The notes under the pieces are model-generated. The model saw nothing but the letters and a program-made list of their open reading frames with translations. It was not told where the DNA came from and searched no databases. The translations under genes and the position numbers were made by a program. From Candidatus Caenarcanales bacterium (GTDB taxonomy: Bacteria; Cyanobacteriota; Vampirovibrionia; LMEP-6097): a DNA stretch of 64,000 nt. Where the stretch lies: positions 1,624 through 65,623 of the forward strand of contig JAKVAO010000005.1 in assembly GCA_022447685.1 (NCBI GenBank), in the 5' to 3' direction. This document shows positions 19,356-29,230 of the stretch, piece after piece; position 1 is the stretch's first letter, and each line of letters begins with the position of its first letter.

Positions 19356-19697
19356 TTGAAACTACTTGAGATAAGTGAAACTTTTTTCCCTGCGATTAAA
19401 TTCAAAGGACAAGAATTAACTGATAGACAAATTGCTGTTCTGGAGTTGCTTGGTCATGGCTACTCTAATCAGGAAATGAGTGACTGTTTGAACATTTCTA
19501 TTAGGACTATTGAGTCTCACTTGGCTAAGATTAGGGTACTTATTGCTAAAGGCTCGAAAGACGACGAGAAAATCAGCGACAGAAGAATGGTTTTGTTCGC
19601 AAGAGATTTAATCGATGGTTATAAAGCTTATCAGGAACTGAGTGCTACATCTTTTCAGGTGCAGAGATGCCAAGTAGATTTAAAGCATTTGCAATAA
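19356..19697 (+). CDS. Stand-alone LuxR-type helix-turn-helix regulator
   Basis: LTDRQIAVLELLGHGYSNQEMSDCLNISIRTIESHL; TTG at 19356 follows AGGAGG and is in frame. The 3' end overlaps argS. Confidence 0.8.
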   Translation: MKLLEISETFFPAIKFKGQELTDRQIAVLELLGHGYSNQEMSDCLNISIRTIESHLAKIRVLIAKGSKDDEKISDRRMVLFARDLIDGYKAYQELSATSFQVQRCQVDLKHLQ

Positions 19698-21450
19698 CTA
19701 TTTTGCTGGCTACAGCTATGGATAGTCTTGCTTGCATTAATTCTTCGCTGACGCCTATAACTCTGTTTTCATTATAGAATTGGTGAAACAGGCTTGCGAT
19801 GTTTTTGAGGTAGACTGATATTTTATATGGTGCTCGAATCTCAGCTGCGTCTAAAACGGCTTCTGGAAAATCAATTAATTCAAGTATAAGGGTTCTGATC
19901 GTTTGAAGTTGATCTGAGTCTATCTTCTCTTCTTGTTCTTCATCATTGAAAGCTCTACCCAGTATAGATTTTGCCGAGCAAAAGTCTTGCTCTAGAAGTT
20001 GCTTTAAGCCTGATTCCGAGATTATAGCTTTCTCTTCTTTACTGCTTTCGATATTTATTCGTTTCGAACTTAGGTTTCTAAGAATGCTTGCTGCTCTTGC
20101 ATGTGCATACTGGATGTAATAAACGGGGTTATCTTTATCTTGTTTTTTCGCTAGTTCTAAATCAAAAACCATCCTGTTATTGGCTTGACTATCTACAATA
20201 AAGAACCTTAAAGCATCTTTGCCAACTTCTTCCATGAGTTCATCTACATTGACAATGTCACCTTTTCTTTTGGACATTTTGACTTCGACGCCATTTTTCT
20301 GTAGTGACACCATTTGGATGAAGATTAGCTCAAGTCGGTCAGGATCATAGTTTATAGCTTTTATAGCACCACGAATACCAGGCTCTTGCCCATGGTGATC
20401 ACCACCCCAAATATTGATTAATTTATCAAAGCCTCTGTCGTATTTGTTTTTATGGTATGCAATATCTGCTGCTAGGTAAGTGTAGACTCCTTGTGATTTT
20501 TGGATTACTCTGTCTCGCTCATCACCAAAGTGTTTAGCTTTGAACCATAGCGCTCCTTCTTGTTCATAGAGATTGCCATTTTTCTCTAAAATTCCGCATA
20601 TTTCTAAAACTTTATTGTTTTCAGCTTGGTGAAGGTTTTCCTTCTCTGAAAACCAATTGTCAAATACAACTTCTATGTCTTGTAAAACTTTAGTCTGTAA
20701 TTCTATAAATAAGTTTTTGGCAATCTCGCCTGCAAGTTTCTCATCAAGGTTCTTATAGTCAATCTTGCCTTGAAGCTTTTCTGAAAGTATACCTTGGTAT
20801 ATTTCAGGCTTAAGTATCTCAATCATGCTCTCAAATGGGTAAGCATCATCTGGATACTGCTCTTTGCTGATAACAGCTTCCTGGATTTGAATTGCAGCTT
20901 TTGCTGAAACTGAAAGTTTATCAATTTGAACACCAGCGTCATTTATATAAAATTCACTGAACACGTCATAACCAGCCCATTCTAGTAAGCTTGCAAGCGC
21001 ACTTCCGAGAACGGCTTGGCGACCATGTCCTAAGTGTAAGTTCCCAGTCGGATTAGCTGAAACGTATTCTATGAGAATTTTGTTCTTACTTCTTTGGGAT
21101 TTGTCTAGTTTGCCGAAAGAGTCTTTCATAGAGTGGATTTCTACAAAATTAGCTTCAAGGAAATCCCAATCGAAAATTATGTTGATGAAGCCAGGGGGAA
21201 CTACTGTCACAGAACCAATTTGCTTGTAATCCAAATGCTTAACTATGGTTTCAGCTATTTTTATTGGAGCCATCTTCGCTTCTCTAGCTAGTTTCATAGC
21301 AACACTAATAGCTCGATCACCGTGATCAGGGTTTTTACACTTATCAAGTTCAAACTGGGACGGGACTTTCTCTAACTTCCCTAATTCTCCAGCTTCAATT
21401 GCTTTAGCAATGGCATCTTTAAATAAATCTATGACTTTGTCTTTAAGCAT
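19645..21450 (-). CDS. argS: Arginine--tRNA ligase
   Basis: EYVSANPTGNLHLGHGR, KMSKRKG, YYIQYAHAR, GISAPEKM. Confidence 0.98.
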   Translation of the reverse strand: MLKDKVIDLFKDAIAKAIEAGELGKLEKVPSQFELDKCKNPDHGDRAISVAMKLAREAKMAPIKIAETIVKHLDYKQIGSVTVVPPGFINIIFDWDFLEANFVEIHSMKDSFGKLDKSQRSKNKILIEYVSANPTGNLHLGHGRQAVLGSALASLLEWAGYDVFSEFYINDAGVQIDKLSVSAKAAIQIQEAVISKEQYPDDAYPFESMIEILKPEIYQGILSEKLQGKIDYKNLDEKLAGEIAKNLFIELQTKVLQDIEVVFDNWFSEKENLHQAENNKVLEICGILEKNGNLYEQEGALWFKAKHFGDERDRVIQKSQGVYTYLAADIAYHKNKYDRGFDKLINIWGGDHHGQEPGIRGAIKAINYDPDRLELIFIQMVSLQKNGVEVKMSKRKGDIVNVDELMEEVGKDALRFFIVDSQANNRMVFDLELAKKQDKDNPVYYIQYAHARAASILRNLSSKRINIESSKEEKAIISESGLKQLLEQDFCSAKSILGRAFNDEEQEEKIDSDQLQTIRTLILELIDFPEAVLDAAEIRAPYKISVYLKNIASLFHQFYNENRVIGVSEELMQARLSIAVASKIVIANALNLLGISAPEKM

Positions 21451-22615
21451 CTTCTTCTAGCCTCTGTGCAAGTAAACTTATAGGGTTTACAAATGATTTT
21501 AATGGTTGATTCAAGCTCTTTGAAAGTGGAGTGAAGTAATCATCCATGTAATTAACAGCGATCTGATCTATAAATCTTTCTCCACGTGCAAGTGAGATTA
21601 AGCCTGAACTCAAAGATCTAATAATAGCAGAGTGAGAATCTTCTTTATACCTTTTTTTAGAATAAGAATATACCTGGCTAAAGCCTGGATCTTTAAGTAA
21701 CATATAAGAGAAACTGGGTGATTCACTCATGCTCAGGTCTACTACAAAAATTGGTTTATTGGAGTCAATTGGTGGGATATTAGTTAATAAATCTAAGTCA
21801 TTTACCAGAATTATGAAATCCGTTTCTTCAAGATTAACTTCCTCGATATTTAAATAATTAAAGATGGACTTTATGTCTAGTTGCGTTTCATGGTCTAGCT
21901 TTCGTGAATTGGAGATGTAGAAACCCTTTAGAGACTTGAGTTTATACTCTTCCATTATTTTTTTTGAAAGGAAGATTAGAGGTGATGCCAAGCAGGCTTC
22001 GTTGAGTGAGCAGATGTTCTGGCTGTGATATTCACGTATGGTTTTATCTATGTAGTGTTCTTCAGCGATGTCTAAGCCATATTCACCTAGATTTGGCGTG
22101 AATTTTCGGTTTTTTGCGAAGATTATTCTATTGAAAAAATTATGTTGTTTGATCACTTGAACAAAGAATGATAGATTGATTTCTCGCCTGGCTTTGAATT
22201 CTGCTAGTCTGTCAGTATCGATTTTATCTTCGAGTTTATGCCAATCCTCTAGTGCTTTTTTGTCCTTGCCTTTTGAACTGGCGTACTTGTGGCTGTAATA
22301 TGACCAATAGAATAAGTCTTCATCTGCAGTAGATTTTATATCCACCAAGTTGATTCTTAAAATTCGATGTTGTTTATTGATTCCATTTTTTTCATCGATT
22401 TTTGCAAGTGATTTTATTAATTCATTGAACTTAAAATTTAAGTCACTTAGTTTGTACATGTGGTTAGAAAAATTTAATTTTGGATTTTTACTAAAGATTA
22501 ATTTTTCAAGATCGATAAAGACAGTGCTGGCTTCACGCAGTTTGTCAGTTAGATCCAAGCCTAATTGCTCTAAATAAGTCTCGAATTCTTTCTTTTGAAA
22601 ATTTGTATAGTACAT
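21443..22615 (-). CDS. Hypothetical protein
   Basis: 390-aa ORF overlapping the argS start; no motif recognised. Confidence 0.7.
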   Translation of the reverse strand: MYYTNFQKKEFETYLEQLGLDLTDKLREASTVFIDLEKLIFSKNPKLNFSNHMYKLSDLNFKFNELIKSLAKIDEKNGINKQHRILRINLVDIKSTADEDLFYWSYYSHKYASSKGKDKKALEDWHKLEDKIDTDRLAEFKARREINLSFFVQVIKQHNFFNRIIFAKNRKFTPNLGEYGLDIAEEHYIDKTIREYHSQNICSLNEACLASPLIFLSKKIMEEYKLKSLKGFYISNSRKLDHETQLDIKSIFNYLNIEEVNLEETDFIILVNDLDLLTNIPPIDSNKPIFVVDLSMSESPSFSYMLLKDPGFSQVYSYSKKRYKEDSHSAIIRSLSSGLISLARGERFIDQIAVNYMDDYFTPLSKSLNQPLKSFVNPISLLAQRLEEDA

Positions 22616-22685
22616 TCACGAAGATATCAATAGTGTAAAATAGTTTCTAACTGTATCTATATAAGGATATCGTATTTATCTAATT

Positions 22686-23375
22686 ATGCCTAGTGTTGCA
22701 ATTAGCTCAGACATAGAAGTCAAAGCAAGTTCATGTTATTTGGACGATTATTCAAGTCCAGATCAGGATAATTTCTTGTTTTGTTATAAGATTGAAATCA
22801 CTAATAAAAGTGATAAAACTGTTCAACTTCAGTCAAGATATTGGCTGATTATTGATTCTCGTTCTGAGCATTCAGAGGTTAGTGGTCCTGGAGTTGTCGG
22901 CAAGAAGCCTTGGATTTCTCCTGGTGAAACCTATAGTTATTTGAGCTTTTCTAATCTGAATACTAATTTTGGGACTATGGAAGGTAGATATAACTTCGTG
23001 GACGAAGAAGAAAATATCTTCGATGTTGAGATTCCTAGATTTTTTCTTTCGACTAACCTTGAAGAATTTCCAAAGAATATTTTCAAGAAAGGTGATTTTG
23101 TTAGACACAAAGATGAAGATTATATTGGGATAGTTGTTGATTTTGATATGTACTTTTTGAGTAATTCAGATTTGGATACTCAGAAATTTGATCCGAGTCT
23201 TGAATATAAGCCTTGGTATTATGTGATTATTCACGATACTGATTTGATGCTCTATATCCCTGAGTCTATGCTGCTTAAAGAAGAATCTGTCACAGAGATT
23301 GATCATCCATTACTTGAAGTATTTTTTGAAAAGCGCAACGGTAAATATTTTCGAAAAGCAAATCCAAGCGAGTAA
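22686..23375 (+). CDS. apaG: ApaG (DUF525)-HspQ/YccV fusion protein
   Basis: N-half: YKIEITN, QLQSRYWLI, GPGVVGKKP, FGTMEGRY, IPRFFL (ApaG). C-half: FKKGDFVRHK, IGIVVDFD, KPWYYV, YIPESML, IDHP (HspQ/YccV). Confidence 0.85.
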   Translation: MPSVAISSDIEVKASSCYLDDYSSPDQDNFLFCYKIEITNKSDKTVQLQSRYWLIIDSRSEHSEVSGPGVVGKKPWISPGETYSYLSFSNLNTNFGTMEGRYNFVDEEENIFDVEIPRFFLSTNLEEFPKNIFKKGDFVRHKDEDYIGIVVDFDMYFLSNSDLDTQKFDPSLEYKPWYYVIIHDTDLMLYIPESMLLKEESVTEIDHPLLEVFFEKRNGKYFRKANPSE

Positions 23376-23393
23376 TTTGCTATGATTTAAGCC

Positions 23394-24758
23394 ATGTTAA
23401 AAACACTTGTTCTTGCAGCAGGAAGGGGGACTCGTCTTAAATCCAATACCACGAAAGTATTGCATAAGGTTTTCGATAAACCTATACTCTCTTGGGTTTT
23501 AGATGGTCTGGCTGATCTTGACCAAGAGGAAATTGTGGTGGTCTGCGGTCATCACTCAGAAGAAGTGAAAGATTTTCTTCATGCGTATCCAGTTACTACA
23601 GTGGATCAAGAGATTCAGATGGGTACCGGGCACGCGGTTATGTGTGCCGCTCACCTCTTCGAAGAGTTTGAAGGTACTGTCATGGTTGTTAATGGTGATT
23701 CACCGTTGATTCGCTCAGAGACTTTAAGTGAGATGTATAGCTATCACAAACAAGCAGAATCGAATATGACTTTGCTTACTAGCTTTTTGGATAAACCAGG
23801 TGGTTACGGCAGAATTGTTAGAAGAAATAACTCTATTATCGGTATTAAGGAACACAAAGATTGTTCAGAAGCGGAGAAGACTATTCGCGAGGTTAATGTT
23901 GGAGTTTATTGTTTTGAGTGGCAATTACTCAAAGAAGGTCTTAGTAAACTAAAAAGTAATAACGCTCAGGAAGAATTTTATTTGACTGACTTGGTTGAGT
24001 GGGCATATTGCCAAGGTTTAAATATCAATAACTATATACTAAACGATCCAAGAGAAGCTCTTGGAGTCAACAATAGAAAGGATCTTGCACTTGTTTATAA
24101 ACTCAAAAATAAACATTCACTTGAGCAGTTGATGGATAACGGTGTAACTATTATTGATCCAGATAGCACTTGGATTAGTCCTGATGCTGATATTGGTCCT
24201 GACACTGTGATTTATCCTGGCACTTTTATTCAAAGAAGAGTGAGTATTGGTTCGAACTGTGTGATTGGACCGAATGCTGTGATTCATGGTCCCGTAGAAA
24301 TTGGTTCTAATAGCTCAGTTGTACAATCTCATATCTCAAGATCCTCTATAGGAGATCATTGTAATATTGGACCTTACGCTCATATACGTGATGGCAGTGA
24401 TATTAGAACTGGTGTTAGAGTTGGTTGTTATGTCGAAGTGAAGAACTCTAATCTTGGCGATGGCACTGCTGCTGCTCATTTGAGTTATCTTGGTGATGCT
24501 GATATAAAATCCAACGTTAATGTTGGTGCTGGAACTATTACTGCGAATTTCAATTCATTTACTGGGGAGAAGTCTGAGACTGTTATATGTTCTGGTGCTA
24601 GTACTGGAGCGAATTCTGTACTTATAGCTCCGATAACGGTCAATGAGTCTGCTTCTGTCGCTGCAGGTTCAGTAGTTACTAAAGATGTTCCTGAAAATAT
24701 GTTGGGGATAGCCAGACCTAGGCAGGAGATTAAGCGTTTGCCTGGGGCTAAGGTTTAG
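23394..24758 (+). CDS. glmU: Bifunctional GlcNAc-1-P uridyltransferase/acetyltransferase
   Basis: LAAGRGTRLKS, GTGHAV, YLTDLV, GVNNR, hexapeptide tail, SYLGDA, GAGTITAN. Confidence 0.98.
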   Translation: MLKTLVLAAGRGTRLKSNTTKVLHKVFDKPILSWVLDGLADLDQEEIVVVCGHHSEEVKDFLHAYPVTTVDQEIQMGTGHAVMCAAHLFEEFEGTVMVVNGDSPLIRSETLSEMYSYHKQAESNMTLLTSFLDKPGGYGRIVRRNNSIIGIKEHKDCSEAEKTIREVNVGVYCFEWQLLKEGLSKLKSNNAQEEFYLTDLVEWAYCQGLNINNYILNDPREALGVNNRKDLALVYKLKNKHSLEQLMDNGVTIIDPDSTWISPDADIGPDTVIYPGTFIQRRVSIGSNCVIGPNAVIHGPVEIGSNSSVVQSHISRSSIGDHCNIGPYAHIRDGSDIRTGVRVGCYVEVKNSNLGDGTAAAHLSYLGDADIKSNVNVGAGTITANFNSFTGEKSETVICSGASTGANSVLIAPITVNESASVAAGSVVTKDVPENMLGIARPRQEIKRLPGAKV

Positions 24759-25186
24759 GCATATCCAAGGTCTTTGTTCGTATAATTTGCCCAAACAGAC
24801 ATCAACCATTTACCAGATTGTGAAATCATTCTATGGCTTGCTAGTTTCTTGAAATTCTCTTGTGCAAATTCTCTGAGGTTTTCAACAGCATCATTTGGTA
24901 AGGTGATACTTCTTAGAGCAGATCTAATTACAGATGCAGCTGATTTCTTTTTTTGTTGATAGGATTGCTTGAATCTTTCTTTGTATGAATCAACAACTGC
25001 TTGTTGAATAACAATATTGTTTTTTATAGAATTGAACTGGCTCATGAAAGAACCAAGAATTCCACCTTTTTCATTATCGTCAATGGTTTTATTGTCTTGG
25101 TCAAGTATGTTCTCGATTTTGGCTGCTTGTTTTGCAAGCTTGTTGCCACGATCAGGTCCTAAATTGATTAATCCTTCTACTGACAT
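24755..25186 (-). CDS. Hypothetical protein
   Basis: 143-aa ATG ORF with helical composition. Confidence 0.6.
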   Translation of the reverse strand: MSVEGLINLGPDRGNKLAKQAAKIENILDQDNKTIDDNEKGGILGSFMSQFNSIKNNIVIQQAVVDSYKERFKQSYQQKKKSAASVIRSALRSITLPNDAVENLREFAQENFKKLASHRMISQSGKWLMSVWANYTNKDLGYA

Positions 25187-25460
25187 AGTTAACCTATATA
25201 AAAAACAAAACTTAAATAATTTGATACAAAGATTTACAAATTTAATATTTTCTTAAAAAGTTAAGATTATCTTATCAAAAAGTAAATACTTGTTTCTTTG
25301 TATTCTCGTAAGCAGCAATTGATATTATGGTAGCCTCATAAAATTAATCATGTTTACAAGTAAGTAGACTTATTATTATGAAATCCATAGAATAAATCTA
25401 AATAAATATAAGCTAAATGCCTAAAAGCTTTGGCTATGAATAAATAACAAAAATATGATT

Positions 25461-25592
25461 GCTTAAGGAGTGCACTGCAAAACGTAGTTTTGAGTGACGA
25501 CTGCCTGGCAAATAATATTAAGGATCAGCTCCCTGAGCTAGGATTTATTCCTCGGTCAGGGTTGAAAAATGTTACTTTAGACGTTTTTCAGC
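25461..25592. other. Intergenic cluster of hairpins (candidate structured RNA, MITE remnant and/or terminator)
   Basis: CAAAAC-gta-GTTTTG (25478-25492), CCCTGA..AGGA-tttat-TCCT..TCAGGG (25531-25561), GTTGAAAAATGT..ACGTTTTTCAGC (25561-25592). Confidence 0.45.
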
Positions 25593-25602
25593 GGATACTT
25601 AA

Positions 25603-26307
25603 TTAAGCGTCGGCCGTAATCGTGTCGTTTTGGTACTTGATTAAGTTGTCTACAACTTTGTTGTTCATTTCATCGCCAAAAGCTAAATGCCACCATGGTT
25701 TTGGATCAGATTTCCATAAATGTGGGCTTCTTTTAGGTTTGAAAGCTTCTCTAATAAATAAAGGCGGATGCTCTGCTCTTGGAGGAGGCTTTAGTTTCTG
25801 TTTCTTAGGTTTATCTGAGATCCAGTTACTGAAAGGATTTATCTTCTCGAATGCTTCATCTGCAAATTCGGTCAGTATTGACCAAGCATTGTCGAGGAAT
25901 CTAAAGAATTCTTCGAGTAAACTATCTTCTATATCTTCTAAGGCACTAACTTTCTTAGTTTTCTTGATGCCTGCTACTTGTCTTTTGCGTCTCTTTCTCT
26001 CTTCTTCGAAGTAATTAGAAGATACTTTCTGAGAGGCATTGCTATCAAATTTGGAAAATTCATCTAGATTACCAGTATCTGGATCGATATCATCTAATCC
26101 ATGCTTAGCATCGTATTCTTTCTCATCCTGAGCTAAATCTTCTATAGCGTTCTTAGACTCGAATGCTTCAGCAGCATCAGCCATTTCAAGTTCACTTAAC
26201 TGTCCAGGATTGTTATTAGGGGTATTCCTTACCTGTGACTGCGTATTGTTAAACGCAAAGTCATCCATTGCATAAGGATTACCTGCATTATAAACAGGAG
26301 TTGACAT
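25603..26307 (-). CDS. Hypothetical protein, acidic N-half and basic Pro/Trp-rich C-terminus
   Basis: 234-aa ATG ORF. Confidence 0.7.
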   Translation of the reverse strand: MSTPVYNAGNPYAMDDFAFNNTQSQVRNTPNNNPGQLSELEMADAAEAFESKNAIEDLAQDEKEYDAKHGLDDIDPDTGNLDEFSKFDSNASQKVSSNYFEEERKRRKRQVAGIKKTKKVSALEDIEDSLLEEFFRFLDNAWSILTEFADEAFEKINPFSNWISDKPKKQKLKPPPRAEHPPLFIREAFKPKRSPHLWKSDPKPWWHLAFGDEMNNKVVDNLIKYQNDTITADA

Positions 26308-26456
26308 TACTTGGTAGCCTCAAGGTTAACTTGTTCTTAACCTTGTAATTAATGTTATCAATGTCAATATATATTTGTCAAGTTTTTCTTAACAATTTCT
26401 TTGTATTTATCTTGCTTTTTATAAAATTTATTAGGAGTTCGAAATATTCCGTGAGC

Positions 26457-26876
26457 TTAGCTGCCTTTACTTGCTAAAAGCTTATCTAAACCAGATAAAT
26501 TCGTAAGTTGAGCGCTGGTAAATTCTTCGAAAGTTTTAAAAGGTCCAGTTATTTCAACTATTTCAAAACTATCTAGGGAAGGACCAACTATGCTGAAATT
26601 ATCTTCATCGTGCCCATACTCATCCTTATAATATTGAGCAGTGATTGAAGAACTAGCTTCTTCTGGCTTTAAATTTGGTGATTCTGTAGTTCTTTGAGAT
26701 TCCAGTTCATTTATTGTCGCTTCAAGAAGTTCGACATTGGTTACATCGCCTTCAGCAACAGCATTTTTTAAATCTGTTTTTAAACCAGCAAGCAATCCAT
26801 CGACTTGACTAGTAGTAGTACTAGATCCGCCTCCGCCATTTAGACCAACTTTATTGGTATTGTTGTATTCCACCAT
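26457..26876 (-). CDS. Hypothetical acidic protein with Gly/Ser/Thr-rich N-terminus
   Basis: 139-aa ATG ORF. Confidence 0.65.
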   Translation of the reverse strand: MVEYNNTNKVGLNGGGGSSTTTSQVDGLLAGLKTDLKNAVAEGDVTNVELLEATINELESQRTTESPNLKPEEASSSITAQYYKDEYGHDEDNFSIVGPSLDSFEIVEITGPFKTFEEFTSAQLTNLSGLDKLLASKGS

Positions 26877-27001
26877 AATACTTTTAATCCACTCTATAGT
26901 TAAGAAGCTACTAAGAAAATACTAAAACATGTAATTTTTTTAATTAAATACATTAGCTCATAATAACTAGTACTATTAGTCCCATATAAGGTTAAGAATA
27001 A

Positions 27002-27040
27002 ATTAAAGCCGTGTTCAGATATCTCTAACACGGCTTTAAT
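27002..27040 (-). terminator. Intrinsic terminator
   Basis: Perfect 14-bp arms ATTAAAGCCGTGTT / AACACGGCTTTAAT downstream of 27067-27390. Confidence 0.8.
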
Positions 27041-27066
27041 AAAATTTACTGGAAAATAGTTTTTTA

Positions 27067-27390
27067 TTAACCACTAGCAACTATGGTTTTCTGAGGAGTG
27101 CTGTCGCCTTCATCACCAATATCAAAAAGTCCTTCTGGGTGAAGAATTGACATATATTCATTAAGGTTGCTTACAATAGTTTGTAATTTTTTATGAGCTT
27201 TTTCGGCTTCTTCTACTACTATTGGCATATCTTTAGACTCTTCTTTGATTTTTTCTAGCTCGCTCATGCCTTTTTTGGCTCTGGCTAGGTCTTCTTCACA
27301 CTCATGTTTGTAAAAACGAATACCTTTCTCTTTGCGTAATCTCTTTACAATTGCTTTAAATCTTCTTTTTTCTTGATCGGTAAATGCCAT
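27067..27390 (-). CDS. Small helical hypothetical protein
   Basis: 107-aa ORF preceded by GAGGG and followed by a terminator. Confidence 0.75.
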   Translation of the reverse strand: MAFTDQEKRRFKAIVKRLRKEKGIRFYKHECEEDLARAKKGMSELEKIKEESKDMPIVVEEAEKAHKKLQTIVSNLNEYMSILHPEGLFDIGDEGDSTPQKTIVASG

Positions 27391-27472
27391 TTTATCCCTC
27401 TTCTATATTTTAAGTTTATTTAGGCTTATACAATTATACAAATAATAAATTGAATATTTTTTGATAACGAAT

Positions 27473-28138
27473 TTATGCTTCTAATTTTCCACCATCTGAG
27501 GTTCTTATATCAATATTTCCTCTAGCTTTCCATTCAACCAACTTTAAAGCTAGTTTATTTCTCTCATCTTTACGCTTTTTGATGGACTTTTCAATGCCGT
27601 CAATTTGATCGTCAATTTTTTTAACGTCACTTTTTTTGAGATTGGGTGCGTCTAATTGAGCTGTTAGTTCATCTAAGAACTTTAAATCCTCTAGGTCCTG
27701 CCAGTTTAAGGTTCTGATTTGTCTTTGTATATCACGGTCTAATTTTTCTCTATTGTTTGGAACCTGCTCCATGTATTTGATGAAGTCTATTACTTGAATT
27801 TTTCCAAGTGCAACGAGTAGTAAAATTTCAGATTGTTTGTGGCTAAATCTAGGTATGACCTTTTTGCAATCTTTCAGGTAGTTTTCTAAATCAAACAGTA
27901 ATTGTTTTACTTTTATTTTATTGTAAGATTTTAGGTTAGCTTCAAATAACTCTAAATGTTTAGCCCAGCCATCTCTACTAAGAGTGTTCCAATACTCTTC
28001 CAGTTGTGGTGCTGGGACTTGATTTTGTTTACGGTTAAAGCTCAATAAGGCAGTTTTAATGGCAGCCTTTGCCATTAAAGTATTTTTTTGAGCTTCTAGT
28101 TGCTCGGGGCTTAATTCCTTTTTTTTATCTTCAACCAC
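27473..28138 (-). CDS. Hypothetical coiled-coil protein
   Basis: 221-aa ORF preceded by AAGGG. Confidence 0.7.
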   Translation of the reverse strand: MVEDKKKELSPEQLEAQKNTLMAKAAIKTALLSFNRKQNQVPAPQLEEYWNTLSRDGWAKHLELFEANLKSYNKIKVKQLLFDLENYLKDCKKVIPRFSHKQSEILLLVALGKIQVIDFIKYMEQVPNNREKLDRDIQRQIRTLNWQDLEDLKFLDELTAQLDAPNLKKSDVKKIDDQIDGIEKSIKKRKDERNKLALKLVEWKARGNIDIRTSDGGKLEA

Positions 28139-28162
28139 TTTATTATCCCTTCATATAATAAT

Positions 28163-29179
28163 TTAGCTGATTTTTAAGTCCCATGGCAGCTCAATTTCAA
28201 GAATTTCTACTAAGAACTGATAAACCGCTTCGCCAACGCTTGCTCCTTTCTCTTTGGCTTTCATTGTTGGTGGCTTAACTTTTTCTTTTTTCTTGGTTTT
28301 TAATTTGTTAAGATACTTTTGTCTTAATGCAGCTATAGCATTAAACTTAAATGGGCTAAAGTTTGCTTCTGATAACAGTAAGTCATGTTCTGTCTTGTCT
28401 GTATTGTTTGTTATACCAATCAAACCTTTGGCAACTCTGAAGGCTTCTTCACCTTTGGCTTGTTGACTCAAAGAATTAATATAACCTTTCGTATACCTTG
28501 CTTGAGTAACTGATTTACCCAGACCTAAGCCTTGAATTGGTAGCTTTTTACCTTTGGCATAGAGTGCTTCTTGGGCTTTGTCTTGATTTTGCTTTTTCTT
28601 TTGTGCAAGTAAGTTTTTGACTTTACTAGTTCTACCTTGCTTAGTTTTAGGTGTATTTTGTTTATGAAAAGCCCGGTATTTTTCAACACTTTGTTCAGAC
28701 TGACCAAGATCTTTTGCTAGGCTTTGATTTGTTTCTGCACCTTCAGTTGGATTCTTAGCATCTTGTTGTTTTTGATTCTGAACTTTAGACTTGTTCTGTT
28801 TATTCTGTTGTTGTAAAGTTCGTCTAACTCTCGGTAATAAGCTTGCTAACTCTGGTTTTTCTGCTGCACCGGGATCTTGAGTGAGTCTAGCTTGTTCGCT
28901 ACTTTGCTTCTTGCGTTTAGAATTAACTTGTTTCCTAAGATCAAAGTTGATTTTTTGTTTACTATCTCTTAAAGAAACTTTCTGCTCTAATTGATTTTGG
29001 AATGAATCTTCTTGGCTCTGGGTACTTTGTTTTTGCTGAGTAGCTGTTTCTCCTTTAGCTTTAACTTGCTTTTGAGCACGGTCTGCATTACCCCTGTTGG
29101 GTAAGCGAAGATTACCTTTATTATTTTGCTGAAACTGGTTGTTAAATCCACCGCCAGCACCTAGCGAGCTACCCGACAT
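28163..29179 (-). CDS. Hypothetical Gln/Lys-rich low-complexity protein
   Basis: 338-aa ATG ORF 51 bp downstream of flgK2. Confidence 0.7.
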   Translation of the reverse strand: MSGSSLGAGGGFNNQFQQNNKGNLRLPNRGNADRAQKQVKAKGETATQQKQSTQSQEDSFQNQLEQKVSLRDSKQKINFDLRKQVNSKRKKQSSEQARLTQDPGAAEKPELASLLPRVRRTLQQQNKQNKSKVQNQKQQDAKNPTEGAETNQSLAKDLGQSEQSVEKYRAFHKQNTPKTKQGRTSKVKNLLAQKKKQNQDKAQEALYAKGKKLPIQGLGLGKSVTQARYTKGYINSLSQQAKGEEAFRVAKGLIGITNNTDKTEHDLLLSEANFSPFKFNAIAALRQKYLNKLKTKKKEKVKPPTMKAKEKGASVGEAVYQFLVEILEIELPWDLKIS

Positions 29180-29230
29180 AACATTTTATTAAGGCAAAAT
29201 AGTTATAAACTGGTTAAGGATTGCTAAATT

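Noticed and set aside
19223-19405. Long N-terminal extension of the beta-lactamase ORF
   Set aside because: AT-rich intergenic sequence overlapping the divergent gene; ATG 19222 gives a clean lipoprotein signal.
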